Positions 38,562 through 48,815 are shown, counted from the first letter of the stretch. The stretch: DNA of 64,000 nucleotides from a virus (IMGVR_UViG_3300050343_000266:8333-72332); one strand, 5' to 3'. Translations and numbers: made by a program. Notes: generated by a model not told the origin, from the letters alone.

Positions 38562-39221
38562 TTAGTAGTCAGGCACAGGGTCTACTTCGCCGTAGCCCTT
38601 TGCTTGGCCCGTTGTTCGAGCTTGAGAATTAGATCTCTCCTTTTCTTTGCGAGTAGTGAAGTCGTTTGCAACGATTGCACGGTAAGGACTTGCGTCACCT
38701 TCCTTTCGGTATTCACGAAGATAGCCATGGACGCATATGCCACGTCCACTGCGGATTCGATCGCTAAGTTTAGACTTCCTGCTTTCATGGAGTTCCATAA
38801 AGAGCCAGGTAGTGACGTCAGCGTTATCTAGGGTAGTCCCAATTTTGGTTGCGATTTGTCCATTCTTCCGTTCTTTAATATCGTTTGATCCAAAGAATGC
38901 ATTACCCAGGACAACCTGATTGCAATACATATCCTGTGGGATGTTGAACTCGACGGTAGTCACCATCAGATCCAATGGCTGTGCTGTGTCTTCAGAGAAA
39001 ACAAGGTAGCCAGTGATCAGTGCACGATTACCTTTCTTCCATTCGAGGAACGAATCGAGCTTGGGACCGGATCTGTCGTAACAGAGAACTCGGAGTTTGA
39101 CCTCGTTGTCACCACTGCCAGCGGGGATAACAGCATCAGCCCCGCGATAGTCCAACCCATAAGCATTGATCGGATCTGAAATAATGGATCTGAGTTCAAC
39201 TGTGGCTGCGATAAAATTCAT
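38562..39221 (-). CDS. SSB-like protein with two OB folds
   Basis: KKGNRALITGYL and RSGRGICVHGYLREY; NQVVLGN; acidic tail. Confidence 0.65.
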   Translation of the reverse strand: MNFIAATVELRSIISDPINAYGLDYRGADAVIPAGSGDNEVKLRVLCYDRSGPKLDSFLEWKKGNRALITGYLVFSEDTAQPLDLMVTTVEFNIPQDMYCNQVVLGNAFFGSNDIKERKNGQIATKIGTTLDNADVTTWLFMELHESRKSKLSDRIRSGRGICVHGYLREYRKEGDASPYRAIVANDFTTRKEKERSNSQARTTGQAKGYGEVDPVPDY

Positions 39222-39257
39222 TATTGCCTATATATTTATCAGTCTTTAATATAAGCA

Positions 39258-39881
39258 TTATGACCACATGGCGCGAGATATAGTTGGTAATTCTGTGTCA
39301 AGAATCTCTCCGATCTGTCTAGCAATTTGTGAGTGCTCGACTTGAGTCCCATGACTGGCCCGCAGATCAATATAGTGCAGCCAACTTCGTATAGTACCTG
39401 ACATATACATCCTAGTTTTGGTACTTAATGGAAGGACGTTACGTGCACATTCTTTGGCAACACCGTAGGCAAGCAGCTTTTTATATAGAGAATTGGATTT
39501 ATCATTATGCAAGGTGATCATATCTTGCAGCTCTTCTGATAGCTCTTCAGGAAAATCATCAATAGAATTTTGGCGATTATTTAAGTCCTGTCTACGAAGT
39601 TGGGGTACTTCTATTTCAGTGACTTCCGCGTAGCGCTGAGAGAACTCTTGAAATGAGAACGATCTGTGCCTGAGGATTTGCGCTCCAATAGCTCTTGTAG
39701 TCTGAATCTCGACGCACATGGACGCCATTTCGAATGGACTCCAGTGCTTGTGCTTGATGAGATATTTGATGAGACGTTCGACATTGGGATTATCCTCGTT
39801 AGCTGGATTTGATACTCGGGCAAGTTTGCCGATTAATCTTTCGGCATCAGGTGTTACCCATACCAGTTTAGCTGTGTGCAT
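39258..39881 (-). CDS. thyX: FAD-dependent thymidylate synthase
   Basis: HWSPFE, QILRHRSFSFQEFSQRY, ECARNVLP, TQVEH. Confidence 0.96.
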   Translation of the reverse strand: MHTAKLVWVTPDAERLIGKLARVSNPANEDNPNVERLIKYLIKHKHWSPFEMASMCVEIQTTRAIGAQILRHRSFSFQEFSQRYAEVTEIEVPQLRRQDLNNRQNSIDDFPEELSEELQDMITLHNDKSNSLYKKLLAYGVAKECARNVLPLSTKTRMYMSGTIRSWLHYIDLRASHGTQVEHSQIARQIGEILDTELPTISRAMWS

Positions 39882-39964
39882 GAATTGCTAGGAGTTGACG
39901 TAATTGTTTGACAGTTAATTTATTTGCACGTTCTCTGACGTAGAGACAGAGATCGTCTATGTAA

Positions 39965-40324
39965 TCACTCTTCAGTTTTGATTTTGCCATATAAATTTGG
40001 TCGTATTTTTCCGTAACCAGACTGAATTTTAATTAATTCACCTATGCCTTTGAGCTTATCGTAGTAAGCATCAAAGATATCTACCATTGTGTAGGCACGA
40101 ACTACATCATAAGCAGTAGTTCCAGCAACAATGTAAGTAACGATATGGCAATCAGATGGTAAGTCGCTGTCAACAAAGGTCTTGGGATTAATCTCTTGGT
40201 CTACTATTTGAATCTTGATCTTTTCTTTAACGGTAAATTCAAGCGGTGGCATATTAAGCGTACTGAGGTAAGTTTTGGTTGGCAGTCTCAAAAAACGCTG
40301 GCATTCTTGAGGCGCGAGTATCAA
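39965..40324 (-). CDS. hypothetical protein (real start probably MPPL, ~40252)
   Basis: DLPSDCHIVTY...VDIFDAYYD...IQSGYGKIRPNLY conserved-looking block. Confidence 0.6.
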   Translation of the reverse strand: MILAPQECQRFLRLPTKTYLSTLNMPPLEFTVKEKIKIQIVDQEINPKTFVDSDLPSDCHIVTYIVAGTTAYDVVRAYTMVDIFDAYYDKLKGIGELIKIQSGYGKIRPNLYGKIKTEE

Positions 40325-40985
40325 TTAATCCTTCTGCTTTACCTCTGGAGTAGAGCGAATCTGAATTCGCCAGCCAGAAGTTAGACGACAGATGCTTATG
40401 CTCTGCTTCACCTTTAAGGGATTGAAGGCACCAAGCAACCGTAGCTCGCCTAAGGTTATTGAGGGTTTTGTCAGACTTAAGTCCAAGCGCTTCACACACG
40501 AGTGTGTTCGCTGCGACATGGGTCTGTTCGTCTCTTGAGATGTCGGCAGATGTTGTGCGTAATCCTGTATCTCCCAGTCGTCGGAAGATGGGCAGTAAGA
40601 CGAAGAAGACTGATCTCTCAAGTACCACAGCTTTGAGAACAGGATGGCGGTCCAACTCAAGCCAGGTTTTACAAATGTGTGCAGCTTCTTTCTCAAACCG
40701 AGGGGAGACTCCGTGTGCAGCAGCTGCGAAATTAAGGGCAATGTCATGTTTCTCTTCATCAACAACGTTAGAAGCAAGTAGTTCCTTACAGCCTTTAACG
40801 TCAGGCAGATCGCCCTTCATAGCGTCAGTAATAAAATCACCAACGGGAATCTCAAGACAACGTAGCGCTAATGCACGTTGAATGACTTCTTCGCCACCAT
40901 CAAGTAGCTGACCAGCTGATACTTGAACCGGAGTCCAGGTACGCTTGCGCTGGTGAAGATGAATGTAAGGAGTTTCTGCTTTCAT
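40254..40985 (-). CDS. nrdB: ribonucleotide reductase class I small (beta) subunit, cyanophage type
   Basis: Ferritin-like ligands LEIPVG, DEEKH, LERSVF, DEQTH; follows the alpha subunit. Confidence 0.8.
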   Translation of the reverse strand: MKAETPYIHLHQRKRTWTPVQVSAGQLLDGGEEVIQRALALRCLEIPVGDFITDAMKGDLPDVKGCKELLASNVVDEEKHDIALNFAAAAHGVSPRFEKEAAHICKTWLELDRHPVLKAVVLERSVFFVLLPIFRRLGDTGLRTTSADISRDEQTHVAANTLVCEALGLKSDKTLNNLRRATVAWCLQSLKGEAEHKHLSSNFWLANSDSLYSRGKAEGLIDTRASRMPAFFETANQNLPQYA

Positions 40986-41002
40986 TGGATTGGGTATAAG
41001 GT

Positions 41003-42427
41003 TTACTCAGCGCAGCCAACACAGGCTGCAGGGTCATTAAAGATGTTGATAATGCCGTCATCATCGGCGTCACCGTCGTTGAATCCGAACATAGTTCCAA
41101 AATCACCGTCTAGTGCAGCAAGTGCATCATCTTTTGCCTGCGTATTCTGCATAACTTGCAAGCTGTAGTACAGCGAAGTTTGGGGAGAATCAAGCCAAGC
41201 TTCAATGAAGTTATCGTCATAAGTAACAACGTCGCTCCATGAATTGAAACTATAGCCATGTGCCAGGCCGGTGCGTTTAAGCATTTCCATAATGCCATCG
41301 ACTACACGTTTGTAGTTGTCCCAGCCAACTGAATCGGCTGTTTCAACTTCTCCGTAATCGAATGTTTCGACACCGAATGTAGAGCTGTCCCTATCCACTG
41401 TGCGTCCGATTGGCGGTGCAATTTCGGGGGCCGTGGTATAGCCAGCTCGGTCTGTGTAACGGTAACTACATGAGGCAGTTGGTGCAATAGCAAAGCAGCG
41501 ATCCATATTGGCTCGTTCTGCAATAGCTGCTGCTGAATCAACACCTAGCTGAAGTTCTTTAACTATCTTACGTGCTTCTGGAGTCGTAATGTAATCACCT
41601 TCGGGATACAAATGTGCAGTAAGTGCTTCGCCAAACTGCTCGTAAGTGACGTTCTCTAGAGCCAATAGGTTTGCTAGTCCAAGCATGCCTAGTCCTACCT
41701 GACGATCCTCCTGTTGAGTGAGATACTCACCTGTTTTTTCGACACCAGTTTTTGAATGCAGATCAATAAGCTCTGACATTCCCGCAATAAATGCGGACGG
41801 AATATCTTCAGGACGACAAGCCCCCAAGTTTATATGTTCTAAAAGACAGGTTCCACGGCTCTTGAGAAAAACCTCAAGGCAAACGTTGGCATAAATACGC
41901 TCACCATGCTGATCACTGCGGATCTTGGCAAGCCAGATATCACCACGAGCAATGCCTTTGAGGATTGCATCTTTGACTGCAGGCTTGGCCATGTCCCACA
42001 TGACGTTAGACAAGTTAATGCAACGCTTAGCCCAAGGGATTTCGTGCCTAGGCATATTGATGAACTCAAGGATGTCCTTATGGTTCAAATCGAGGTGAAG
42101 CACCACAGCGCCGTTCTTGTAGACCCCACCTCTACGTAGCTGCTCATTCAAACAGCTATAGATTTTGCCGAATGAACAAGGCCCAGAACTTACTAGCCCT
42201 TTACCGTTGTCATGCCCGGCAGGACGAATCTTGGAAAGATGTACAGCAACCCCCGCCCCGAAGCGTAATCCGTGACTCACGTAGCGCCAGCTGGCCTCGA
42301 TTCCGTTATCACCAGTCATGCTGTCATCCACAACAAATACTGTGCAGCTAACTGGTAAACGACTAGCTGGATCATCAATCCAATTTTGTACACGTCCAGT
42401 GCGTGCAATCACTTGCTTATTTTCCAT
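41003..42427 (-). CDS. nrdA: ribonucleotide reductase large (alpha) subunit, compact cyanophage type
   Basis: PVSCT, ANVCLE, GTCLL, AIAPTASCS, TSLYY, C-terminal CVGCAE. Confidence 0.92.
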   Translation of the reverse strand: MENKQVIARTGRVQNWIDDPASRLPVSCTVFVVDDSMTGDNGIEASWRYVSHGLRFGAGVAVHLSKIRPAGHDNGKGLVSSGPCSFGKIYSCLNEQLRRGGVYKNGAVVLHLDLNHKDILEFINMPRHEIPWAKRCINLSNVMWDMAKPAVKDAILKGIARGDIWLAKIRSDQHGERIYANVCLEVFLKSRGTCLLEHINLGACRPEDIPSAFIAGMSELIDLHSKTGVEKTGEYLTQQEDRQVGLGMLGLANLLALENVTYEQFGEALTAHLYPEGDYITTPEARKIVKELQLGVDSAAAIAERANMDRCFAIAPTASCSYRYTDRAGYTTAPEIAPPIGRTVDRDSSTFGVETFDYGEVETADSVGWDNYKRVVDGIMEMLKRTGLAHGYSFNSWSDVVTYDDNFIEAWLDSPQTSLYYSLQVMQNTQAKDDALAALDGDFGTMFGFNDGDADDDGIINIFNDPAACVGCAE

Positions 42428-42860
42428 TGGTGTCGTAGTAGTTAAGTTGAGGTTTAGGTAGGCAGTCGCCTAGATCGGGCGGTAAATACGATGGACCTTT
42501 AAGGACCTTTCCGTCTTCTCTGTAAATTGGCTTTCCTTGTTCATCTAGTTTACTGAGATTAGACTCATAAACGAGTTGCATAGCCTTATCTAAATCGATG
42601 CCATAAGTAGCAGCAAATTGATAGCAAACAAAGACAAGGTCTGATAGTTCTTTAACAAGTTCTTCTCTACGTTTTGTGTTTTCAGGATCAGCAAAGCATT
42701 CATCGGCAGCAGTCATAAACTCCTGGCCCTCTTCAGCTATTAATCGTAGCTGCATATCCCATAAATTCTTCTTAATAAATCCAAACCTAGAGATATTGTC
42801 AAGAGTTTCTTGATTAAAAATCTCTCTGAATTTACGTGCTTGATCAAGTAATGTCATCAT
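42417..42860 (-). CDS. MazG-like nucleotide pyrophosphohydrolase
   Basis: LIAEE..E, KELSDL.FV, V.ESNLSK....G.PIYREDGKVLKGPSY. Confidence 0.88.
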   Translation of the reverse strand: MMTLLDQARKFREIFNQETLDNISRFGFIKKNLWDMQLRLIAEEGQEFMTAADECFADPENTKRREELVKELSDLVFVCYQFAATYGIDLDKAMQLVYESNLSKLDEQGKPIYREDGKVLKGPSYLPPDLGDCLPKPQLNYYDTNGK

Positions 42861-43084
42861 TATTCCCTGAATGTGATGCGTCCTCTTGTTAAATCAAAAG
42901 GACTAAGTTCTACGGTAACTCGATCACCAACCAAGAGCTGGATCTTACGTGTTACCAATTTTCCTGATGCTCTACACAAACACTTATGTTCTGCTGGCTC
43001 ATCTAGTTCAACATTGAAGTATCCGTTGCCGCTCTCCTTAAAGATGACACCTTTCGTTTCAATGACATTTGCTTTTTTGCTCAT
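42860..43084 (-). CDS. infA: translation initiation factor IF-1
   Basis: VIETKGVI...NGYFNVELD...LC..SGKL...IQLLVGDRVTVELSPFDLTRGRITFR. Confidence 0.92.
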   Translation of the reverse strand: MSKKANVIETKGVIFKESGNGYFNVELDEPAEHKCLCRASGKLVTRKIQLLVGDRVTVELSPFDLTRGRITFRE

Positions 43085-43221
43085 ATTCTTTTACAGATTT
43101 GAAATATAGTTTGTTGTATTTAACGATCATCTCGTTAATTACTTCGCGGTCGTCAAGCTCATCAATAGCAATTAGGTGCTGAGAGCATCCATGAAGCTCA
43201 CCAATAAGGAGTAAGTATTGT

Positions 43222-43437
43222 TCAGGCAGCATTAAAACCTTTTATTTTTTTGTGTTTCTTTTTGTCTTTCTTATACAGATTATGTGGCCCAATTTTACAA
43301 AGCTGCTCATCGCTTTCCTTAGAAAGGATAGAACACATTTGATCTACTGCCATGGCAAATATACCTGCATGAGACAGTTTGGCAACCATGTGATGTGAAA
43401 GATCAAATATAAACTCTTCACGCTCGTTTTCTGTCAT
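43222..43437 (-). CDS. hypothetical protein
   Basis: 71-aa ORF, ATGA-coupled, C-terminal KGF. Confidence 0.55.
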   Translation of the reverse strand: MTENEREEFIFDLSHHMVAKLSHAGIFAMAVDQMCSILSKESDEQLCKIGPHNLYKKDKKKHKKIKGFNAA

Positions 43438-43781
43438 TCTGGATGTGCGTAAGTGTAGGCATCGAGTGTTGCTTGGAGGTGCTCAATAATTGAGTTAGCT
43501 CCCACGAATCGTTCAACAGATTCTTCTCTATAGTCACAATCTTCATCGCCGTCTTCATCTAGTCGGCAGGAAACCTCCTCATGAACGACAACGAGTGTTG
43601 GTGACAGTTCCACCGATAACTCCTCCGCCAACGCTGTAGGGCCGCCTGAGGGCGCTTTAAGAGGGACAAAGTCCAACTCAGCCGCTTCGTTTTCCGTGAG
43701 AGTTTTGACGTGGTCCTTGAGACGATCGCAAGGAGCACACCCGTCTTGGGTAAAAACATAGAGCTTGTAGTTTTTCATCAT
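43434..43781 (-). CDS. thioredoxin/glutaredoxin-like protein
   Basis: LYVFTQDGCAPC, cis-Pro motif SPTLVVV, RFVG. Confidence 0.8.
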   Translation of the reverse strand: MMKNYKLYVFTQDGCAPCDRLKDHVKTLTENEAAELDFVPLKAPSGGPTALAEELSVELSPTLVVVHEEVSCRLDEDGDEDCDYREESVERFVGANSIIEHLQATLDAYTYAHPE

Positions 43782-43785
43782 TGTT

Positions 43786-45248
43786 TTAGGCAGGATTACC
43801 ATCAGTGAAATAGAAACCACCGATACAGTTCTCGTTATTTGATATTACTAAATGTCGTGCATGTTGATAACATCTCATACCCATATGATAGGAAATCATG
43901 ACGGGATCACCGACAATTACGGTGTCTAATCGGTCGCACATAATTAAACGAACTGCAGGTGGTTTGCGTTTGTACTGAATCTCTGCGTCATAGGCAAGGT
44001 GGGAGTCTTCGTTGAGTGTGTTTGGGTTGAAAACAGTTCGAACTCTGGGAGCAGTCACAGGGATTGCTTCCATTTCAGACATTAGTTTTTTCATTCGTCG
44101 GCAAAGGTTATATCAATTAGTTGGGATTCTTCGAAGAGCAGCTCTTGTACAGCACCGCTCTCGATCTCTTCTTCGCTGAAATGCCAGTCTGCAAGGTTCT
44201 CTAAGTAGTAGTTAACCTCGTCATGGATATTGTTATCCAATGCACAGCGCAGGAATGTACGGAAATGATCTCGTTGTACTTCAGTCATGATCTTCCAAAA
44301 GGGTCAGGTGTCCATTGAAATGAAATATTTGAAGCATCTTCTATAAATGCTTCTTCGAGTTCCTCATATCCCTTGTCAGAAAGGTCATCCTGTAAATGAG
44401 GTGAGTTGTCTATGTAGACAGGAATGAGTTGTTCTATTTGACGCATGAGTGAGTTTGCAAGAAATGATCGAAACCGTGTTTGTTCTTGTACTGTAAGTTT
44501 CATTCGTTTGTAATTAGACGGTATGTTGTACAACGCTTGCTGTTAGCCACACGTTGCTTGAGCAAAGCCAATTCTTTTTTGGCAAGTTCTTCATCCTCAA
44601 AGGATTCTTTGGTGACCCAGACTTGTTGTTGAATGTGAATCATGAGTTAGGCAGGTGCAGTTTTAGCGGAGGTAGATACTTTTTCTCAGCAAGGTACACT
44701 TCGACTTCCTGGCGCTGATCGCTAGTGAGATAACCAAACATGATGTTGAGTATCTGGTTGAGATAGTGCGTAGGAAATTCTGGTGAGTCTTGGGCCAGTG
44801 CTGCGTGGCACAGGAGTACGACATCGAGCACGTCATAGTCGGGCAGTTTGTCAACGTTCATTTGTAAATTTGATGTATTCGGTGGGATTTTCTGCAAAGT
44901 AATCAAGAAGTTCAAGTAGCCGACATGCTGTTATGTGCTCCCCATCAATAGATAATTGGAGGAGCACACTGTTGAGGTAACGTCTAGCAGCCAGCAGTTC
45001 GGTAACTGCTCGTGATGTCATTCGTCTTCTTCTTCTTCCTCTTCTTTCTTTTGTAGCTGCAATTGAGTTTGAGCATATTCAGAAACACAGCCATCGACAA
45101 TCCATTCAAGAGTCTCAGCTTCGAGTTGTTCTAATGCCATTGCACAGACAGAACATCGTATAGCCATTGTCATTGTTGGATAGTTATCGATGAGATAAGC
45201 GTCAATATCAAAGATGTATTCACGCTCGTAGTCAGTTTTTACAGGCAT
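43786..45248 (-). CDS. run of small hypothetical genes (43786-44094, 44091-44288, 44285-44533, 44640-44915, 45018-45248)
   Basis: Co-oriented acidic ORFs, several with ATGA overlaps. Confidence 0.55.
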
Positions 45249-45895
45249 TAGAAGTTCTCCTCTTCTGTGTCAGCAGGCAATGCACGTAAGTCATCTAGGA
45301 CAGTGACTTCAGTAGGAACACCGGATATCTCTGCAGACAGGATTTGTACTGCATCTGTAACGCTTCTGATGATGCCTTCCTTGTCTCTGTCAGAACGCAA
45401 GTCGCGAAGCTGCTCATACATATGATTGTCAGAAACACGCTCGCCATCTAGATAGATGTTGGCGAAGGAAGGACGCTTGCCTTGATCACCACGCTTGGAC
45501 CAGAAGGTGAATGGTGTGTTGAAGTCATACATTCCTGACCCCATGATTCCCATCAGAGCTGTGACGACAGCTTGTGACCACATGGTCTCGACACCAGAAG
45601 TGAAGCAAAGCTTGATACCATTAGGACCACGCAGCTTGAGATTTAGCTTTGATGCTTTGAATGTACCAATGTCATGAACAATTTCAATGCCATAGCAGAC
45701 AACATTTTTGAATGATTGTAGTGGCTTGCCGTTTGCTTGATTAAGAAGAGCAATGGGCTTGGAGTCTTTGTAGAAGAAAAATACAGCGTCAGATTCTTTC
45801 ATTACGCCAACTCCAATAAGTAGGTCGTAATCAACTGGCGCAGATAGACCACCAGTAAACTCAGAAATAATTGAAGCAGGATTAGCGATTGTCAT
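45248..45895 (-). CDS. hypothetical protein, possibly ssDNA-binding
   Basis: 215 aa, beta-rich, acidic EEENF tail; preceded by the hairpin module at 45938. Confidence 0.6.
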   Translation of the reverse strand: MTIANPASIISEFTGGLSAPVDYDLLIGVGVMKESDAVFFFYKDSKPIALLNQANGKPLQSFKNVVCYGIEIVHDIGTFKASKLNLKLRGPNGIKLCFTSGVETMWSQAVVTALMGIMGSGMYDFNTPFTFWSKRGDQGKRPSFANIYLDGERVSDNHMYEQLRDLRSDRDKEGIIRSVTDAVQILSAEISGVPTEVTVLDDLRALPADTEEENF

Positions 45896-46381
45896 AGTAA
45901 AAAGTAAGTGAATGCCATATAGGCAATAGAAAATAGAGGACCCATTAGGGTCCGTATATCAGCGGTTTCGAGCAGGATCTAAAGCCATTAGCCGATTGGC
46001 TTGTGCTTGGCAGCGATCAGCTACAAGTTGATAAACCTCTTGTGGGTTATCAGCTTCATGCTCTTGAATTAATTGCACCAGGAAATGCATAAACAATCCT
46101 GTTAGCTCTCTTGTATTTGTCATTCGTCAGGCTGCTGCTAGTTCTCCTGCCATCTCAGCCAACTTGGCTGTAGCACGGCATTGAAGGACGATCCAAGCAA
46201 GCTCTCCTGATAGTTGATTTGTGTCGCAGAAATATTCGATTGTGTCGTCTATCAAACCTTCCAGCTCGGACAGCTGGTCGCGTGATAATTGCATTCATGA
46301 GAGATATAAGTGTTCAGGCCCATCGCCGGGCACAACCTAAATATAGCGCCCATTAGGGCGCAATAGCTATGACATTTATAC

Positions 46382-47211
46382 TTATTTTTTCAGGTTGTAA
46401 TCAATTGATTTTCTTCTGCGAGCAAACTTCCCATCTTTCATTAATCCTTGGTACACATCAGCTTTAGAGGCGGCTCTTTCAGTTCCATAATAATTAACTG
46501 ACGAACTTGGAGAAGGTGACGGAGATGGATTAGGGAAAGGAGATGGAGATGGAGATGGACTAGGAGAAGGCGATGGAGAAGGATTAGGAGAAGGCATTGG
46601 TATATCACTACTGCTAGGCATAGGAATTATTGGCATAGCAATAGTTGGCATACTCTTAGGAGGGGTAATACGCGGCATAGGCATACGCCCAGGCATAGGC
46701 ATACGCCCAGGCATAGGCATCTTCATAGGCATATTCATACCTGGCATCTTCATAGGCATATTCATGCCTGGCATATTCATAGGCATATTCATAGGCATAT
46801 TCATAGGCATATTCATGGCATATTCATAGGCATATTCATAGGCATTCATAGGCATATCCATACCCGGCATCTTCATAGGCATAAACATAGGCATGAACAT
46901 TACCTTAGGCATAGGCATATTCATACCTGGCATCTTCATAGGCATGAACATTACCTTAGGCATAGGCATAGGCATAGGCATAGGCATGCGCATAGGCATA
47001 GGCATGCGCATTACCACAGGCATAGGCTTGGGTTGAGGCTTTGGTGCAGGCTGAGGTGAAGGTGAGGTGAAGGTGAAGGTGAAGGTGAAGGTGAAGGTCT
47101 AGGTGAAGGACGTGGTGAAGGTCTAGGCGATGGCCGTGGTGAAGGTTTAGGTTGAGGTCTAGGCATAGGCATGCTCATACCCATACCCATCATCATGTTT
47201 CTTCTACCCAT
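46382..47211 (-). CDS. extremely Met/Pro-rich repetitive protein (frameshifted in this sequence)
   Basis: ORFs 47011-47211 and 46382-47023 join across a 1-nt loss in a CCTTCA array; tandem CCTATG and ATGAATATGCCT units. Confidence 0.65.
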
Positions 47212-47214
47212 TGC

Positions 47215-47598
47215 CTATTCCTCAAATGTTGTATCTCCCACTCCGTAATCTAAAGTTAATTCGGAGCCTGCGGAAATTGTTTTAATGGCAAAAAATACCA
47301 TACATTCATTGTAATCATCAATGTAATAGTTGATATTGCCTCCATCATCCGTATGGTTATACAGTGCTGCATGACCAAAGCCAATTACAGAGTATTCATC
47401 AGAGAATGCATAACAATGTGAATGTATTGTTGCTTCTTCTGTCTCTTGGTAAGGCAGATAGAGCATAGGAGACTCTTCTATTAGATCTCCTTCTTCAAAG
47501 TCTTCATTAGTGAAAACTCCATATCGATGTATGTTTGATTTTTTAATACATAGACCTGGACTGGTAAATAAATCAGTCTTATTAATATTTGGATGCAT
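47215..47598 (-). CDS. SET-domain lysine methyltransferase
   Basis: SNIHRYGVFT...GDLIEESP, ALYNH, FAIKTISAGSELTLDYG. Confidence 0.88.
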   Translation of the reverse strand: MHPNINKTDLFTSPGLCIKKSNIHRYGVFTNEDFEEGDLIEESPMLYLPYQETEEATIHSHCYAFSDEYSVIGFGHAALYNHTDDGGNINYYIDDYNECMVFFAIKTISAGSELTLDYGVGDTTFEE

Positions 47599-47678
47599 AT
47601 AAAAAAAGTAGCTCCTTATGATTTTAAAGGAACTACTTACATTTAATGACTATAAAAAAGTTAATTAAAGGCTTAATA

Positions 47679-48029
47679 TTAACGACGACGACGAGTAGCC
47701 CGACGAGTAGCGGCAGCAGCTTGACGTGTTGACCTACGAGCTGCACGCCGTTGCGCTGCAGCAGCTTGGCCACCAGCTGTGTTGCGTGTTTTTACACGGC
47801 TAGAGTTTTTGCCGTAAGTAGTACCGCCGCGCATCATTGATTTAACTGCGCCACCAGTTGCAGTTTTGCGTGTTGCTGATTTGACTGCGCCACCTGTTGT
47901 ACGACGACTAGTTCGAACTGAACCATCAGCATTAGTACGCTTGCGTTGAATCGTACCGTCTTTACGCTTGCGTTCTTGAATGGTTGCTCCTCGTTTAGTA
48001 CGTCGCGTACTAGTAGCTCGTTTCATCAT
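47679..48029 (-). CDS. Arg/Thr/Ala-rich protamine/histone-tail-like basic protein
   Basis: 116 aa, nearly no acidic or aromatic residues; TGGAVKS twice; ends RRATRRRR. Confidence 0.7.
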   Translation of the reverse strand: MMKRATSTRRTKRGATIQERKRKDGTIQRKRTNADGSVRTSRRTTGGAVKSATRKTATGGAVKSMMRGGTTYGKNSSRVKTRNTAGGQAAAAQRRAARRSTRQAAAATRRATRRRR

Positions 48030-48080
48030 TGTTCAATACAATTAAGTCTCCTTAAATTGTATCAACTAGATAATACTTAA

Positions 48081-48272
48081 CTACCACATTCCTGGAATCA
48101 TTTGTCCAGTCACTGCATAGCTTCCAAGTGCTGCGATAATACCCAGCATTGCCAAACGGCCATTTAGTTTTTCAGCTTTAGTGTTGTGGTCCATGGTGAT
48201 CTCCATTACTTGCATTTGTGGTTCTTTGGCGTAGATATTTGTTCTTCCGCCGTCTTCAATAATTGTAGTCAT
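48081..48272 (-). CDS. hli: high-light inducible protein
   Basis: AEKLNGRLAMLG...TGQMIPG chlorophyll-binding motif; EDGGRTNIYAKEP leader. Confidence 0.95.
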   Translation of the reverse strand: MTTIIEDGGRTNIYAKEPQMQVMEITMDHNTKAEKLNGRLAMLGIIAALGSYAVTGQMIPGMW

Positions 48273-48404
48273 TTCTGTAATGTTTTGTTAAGCAACTTAA
48301 GTATAGCCTCGAATTCTTGATAACGAGGATTTCTAATTGAGATATTATTCTGCATATAGAGAACTACTGCAGCACGAACATCATTCAGTTGTTCTTGAGT
48401 TAAG

Positions 48405-48815
48405 TCATTCATTGGTATGTCGAGCAATGTATGCAATGAGCTGCTTTAGATGCTTAGGACTATCAGAAACAATCCCTAAGACGATATTACAATCTTTGCA
48501 AAGCAGTTCACGAACGTTGTTGGTTACATGGTCGTGATCCACACACCATTGGTTGTGCTTTCCTCTAGGTTCTGAAGAACCGCAGCAGGCGCATCTGGAG
48601 CTTTGATTAGACACCATCCCATTGAAAGTATCAAGAGTGATGCCGTAAGTACGCCGATAGTGTAAATCTCTTGCTCGCTCTGGGTCTCGGGTAGCCTTAA
48701 CCCTTGCTTTAGTACACTCTTTACATTCATTCTTTCTTTTTAATTTTTTAGCTTTGTCAGCATAGAACTCAGATAAATCTTTTGTTTCTTGACATATACT
48801 ACATATTCTTTCCAT
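48405..48815 (-). CDS. endonuclease VII-family (F-CphI-like) free-standing homing endonuclease
   Basis: CxxC...CxxC N-terminal domain; YGITL...Q..RCACC...VDHDH.T..VRELLCKDCN.VLG; immediately downstream of psbA. Confidence 0.85.
   Translation of the reverse strand: MERICSICQETKDLSEFYADKAKKLKRKNECKECTKARVKATRDPERARDLHYRRTYGITLDTFNGMVSNQSSRCACCGSSEPRGKHNQWCVDHDHVTNNVRELLCKDCNIVLGIVSDSPKHLKQLIAYIARHTNE

Noticed and set aside
41003-42427. Class II (B12-dependent) RNR, suggested by the short length
   Set aside because: The adjacent ferritin-like beta subunit indicates the cyanophage class I type
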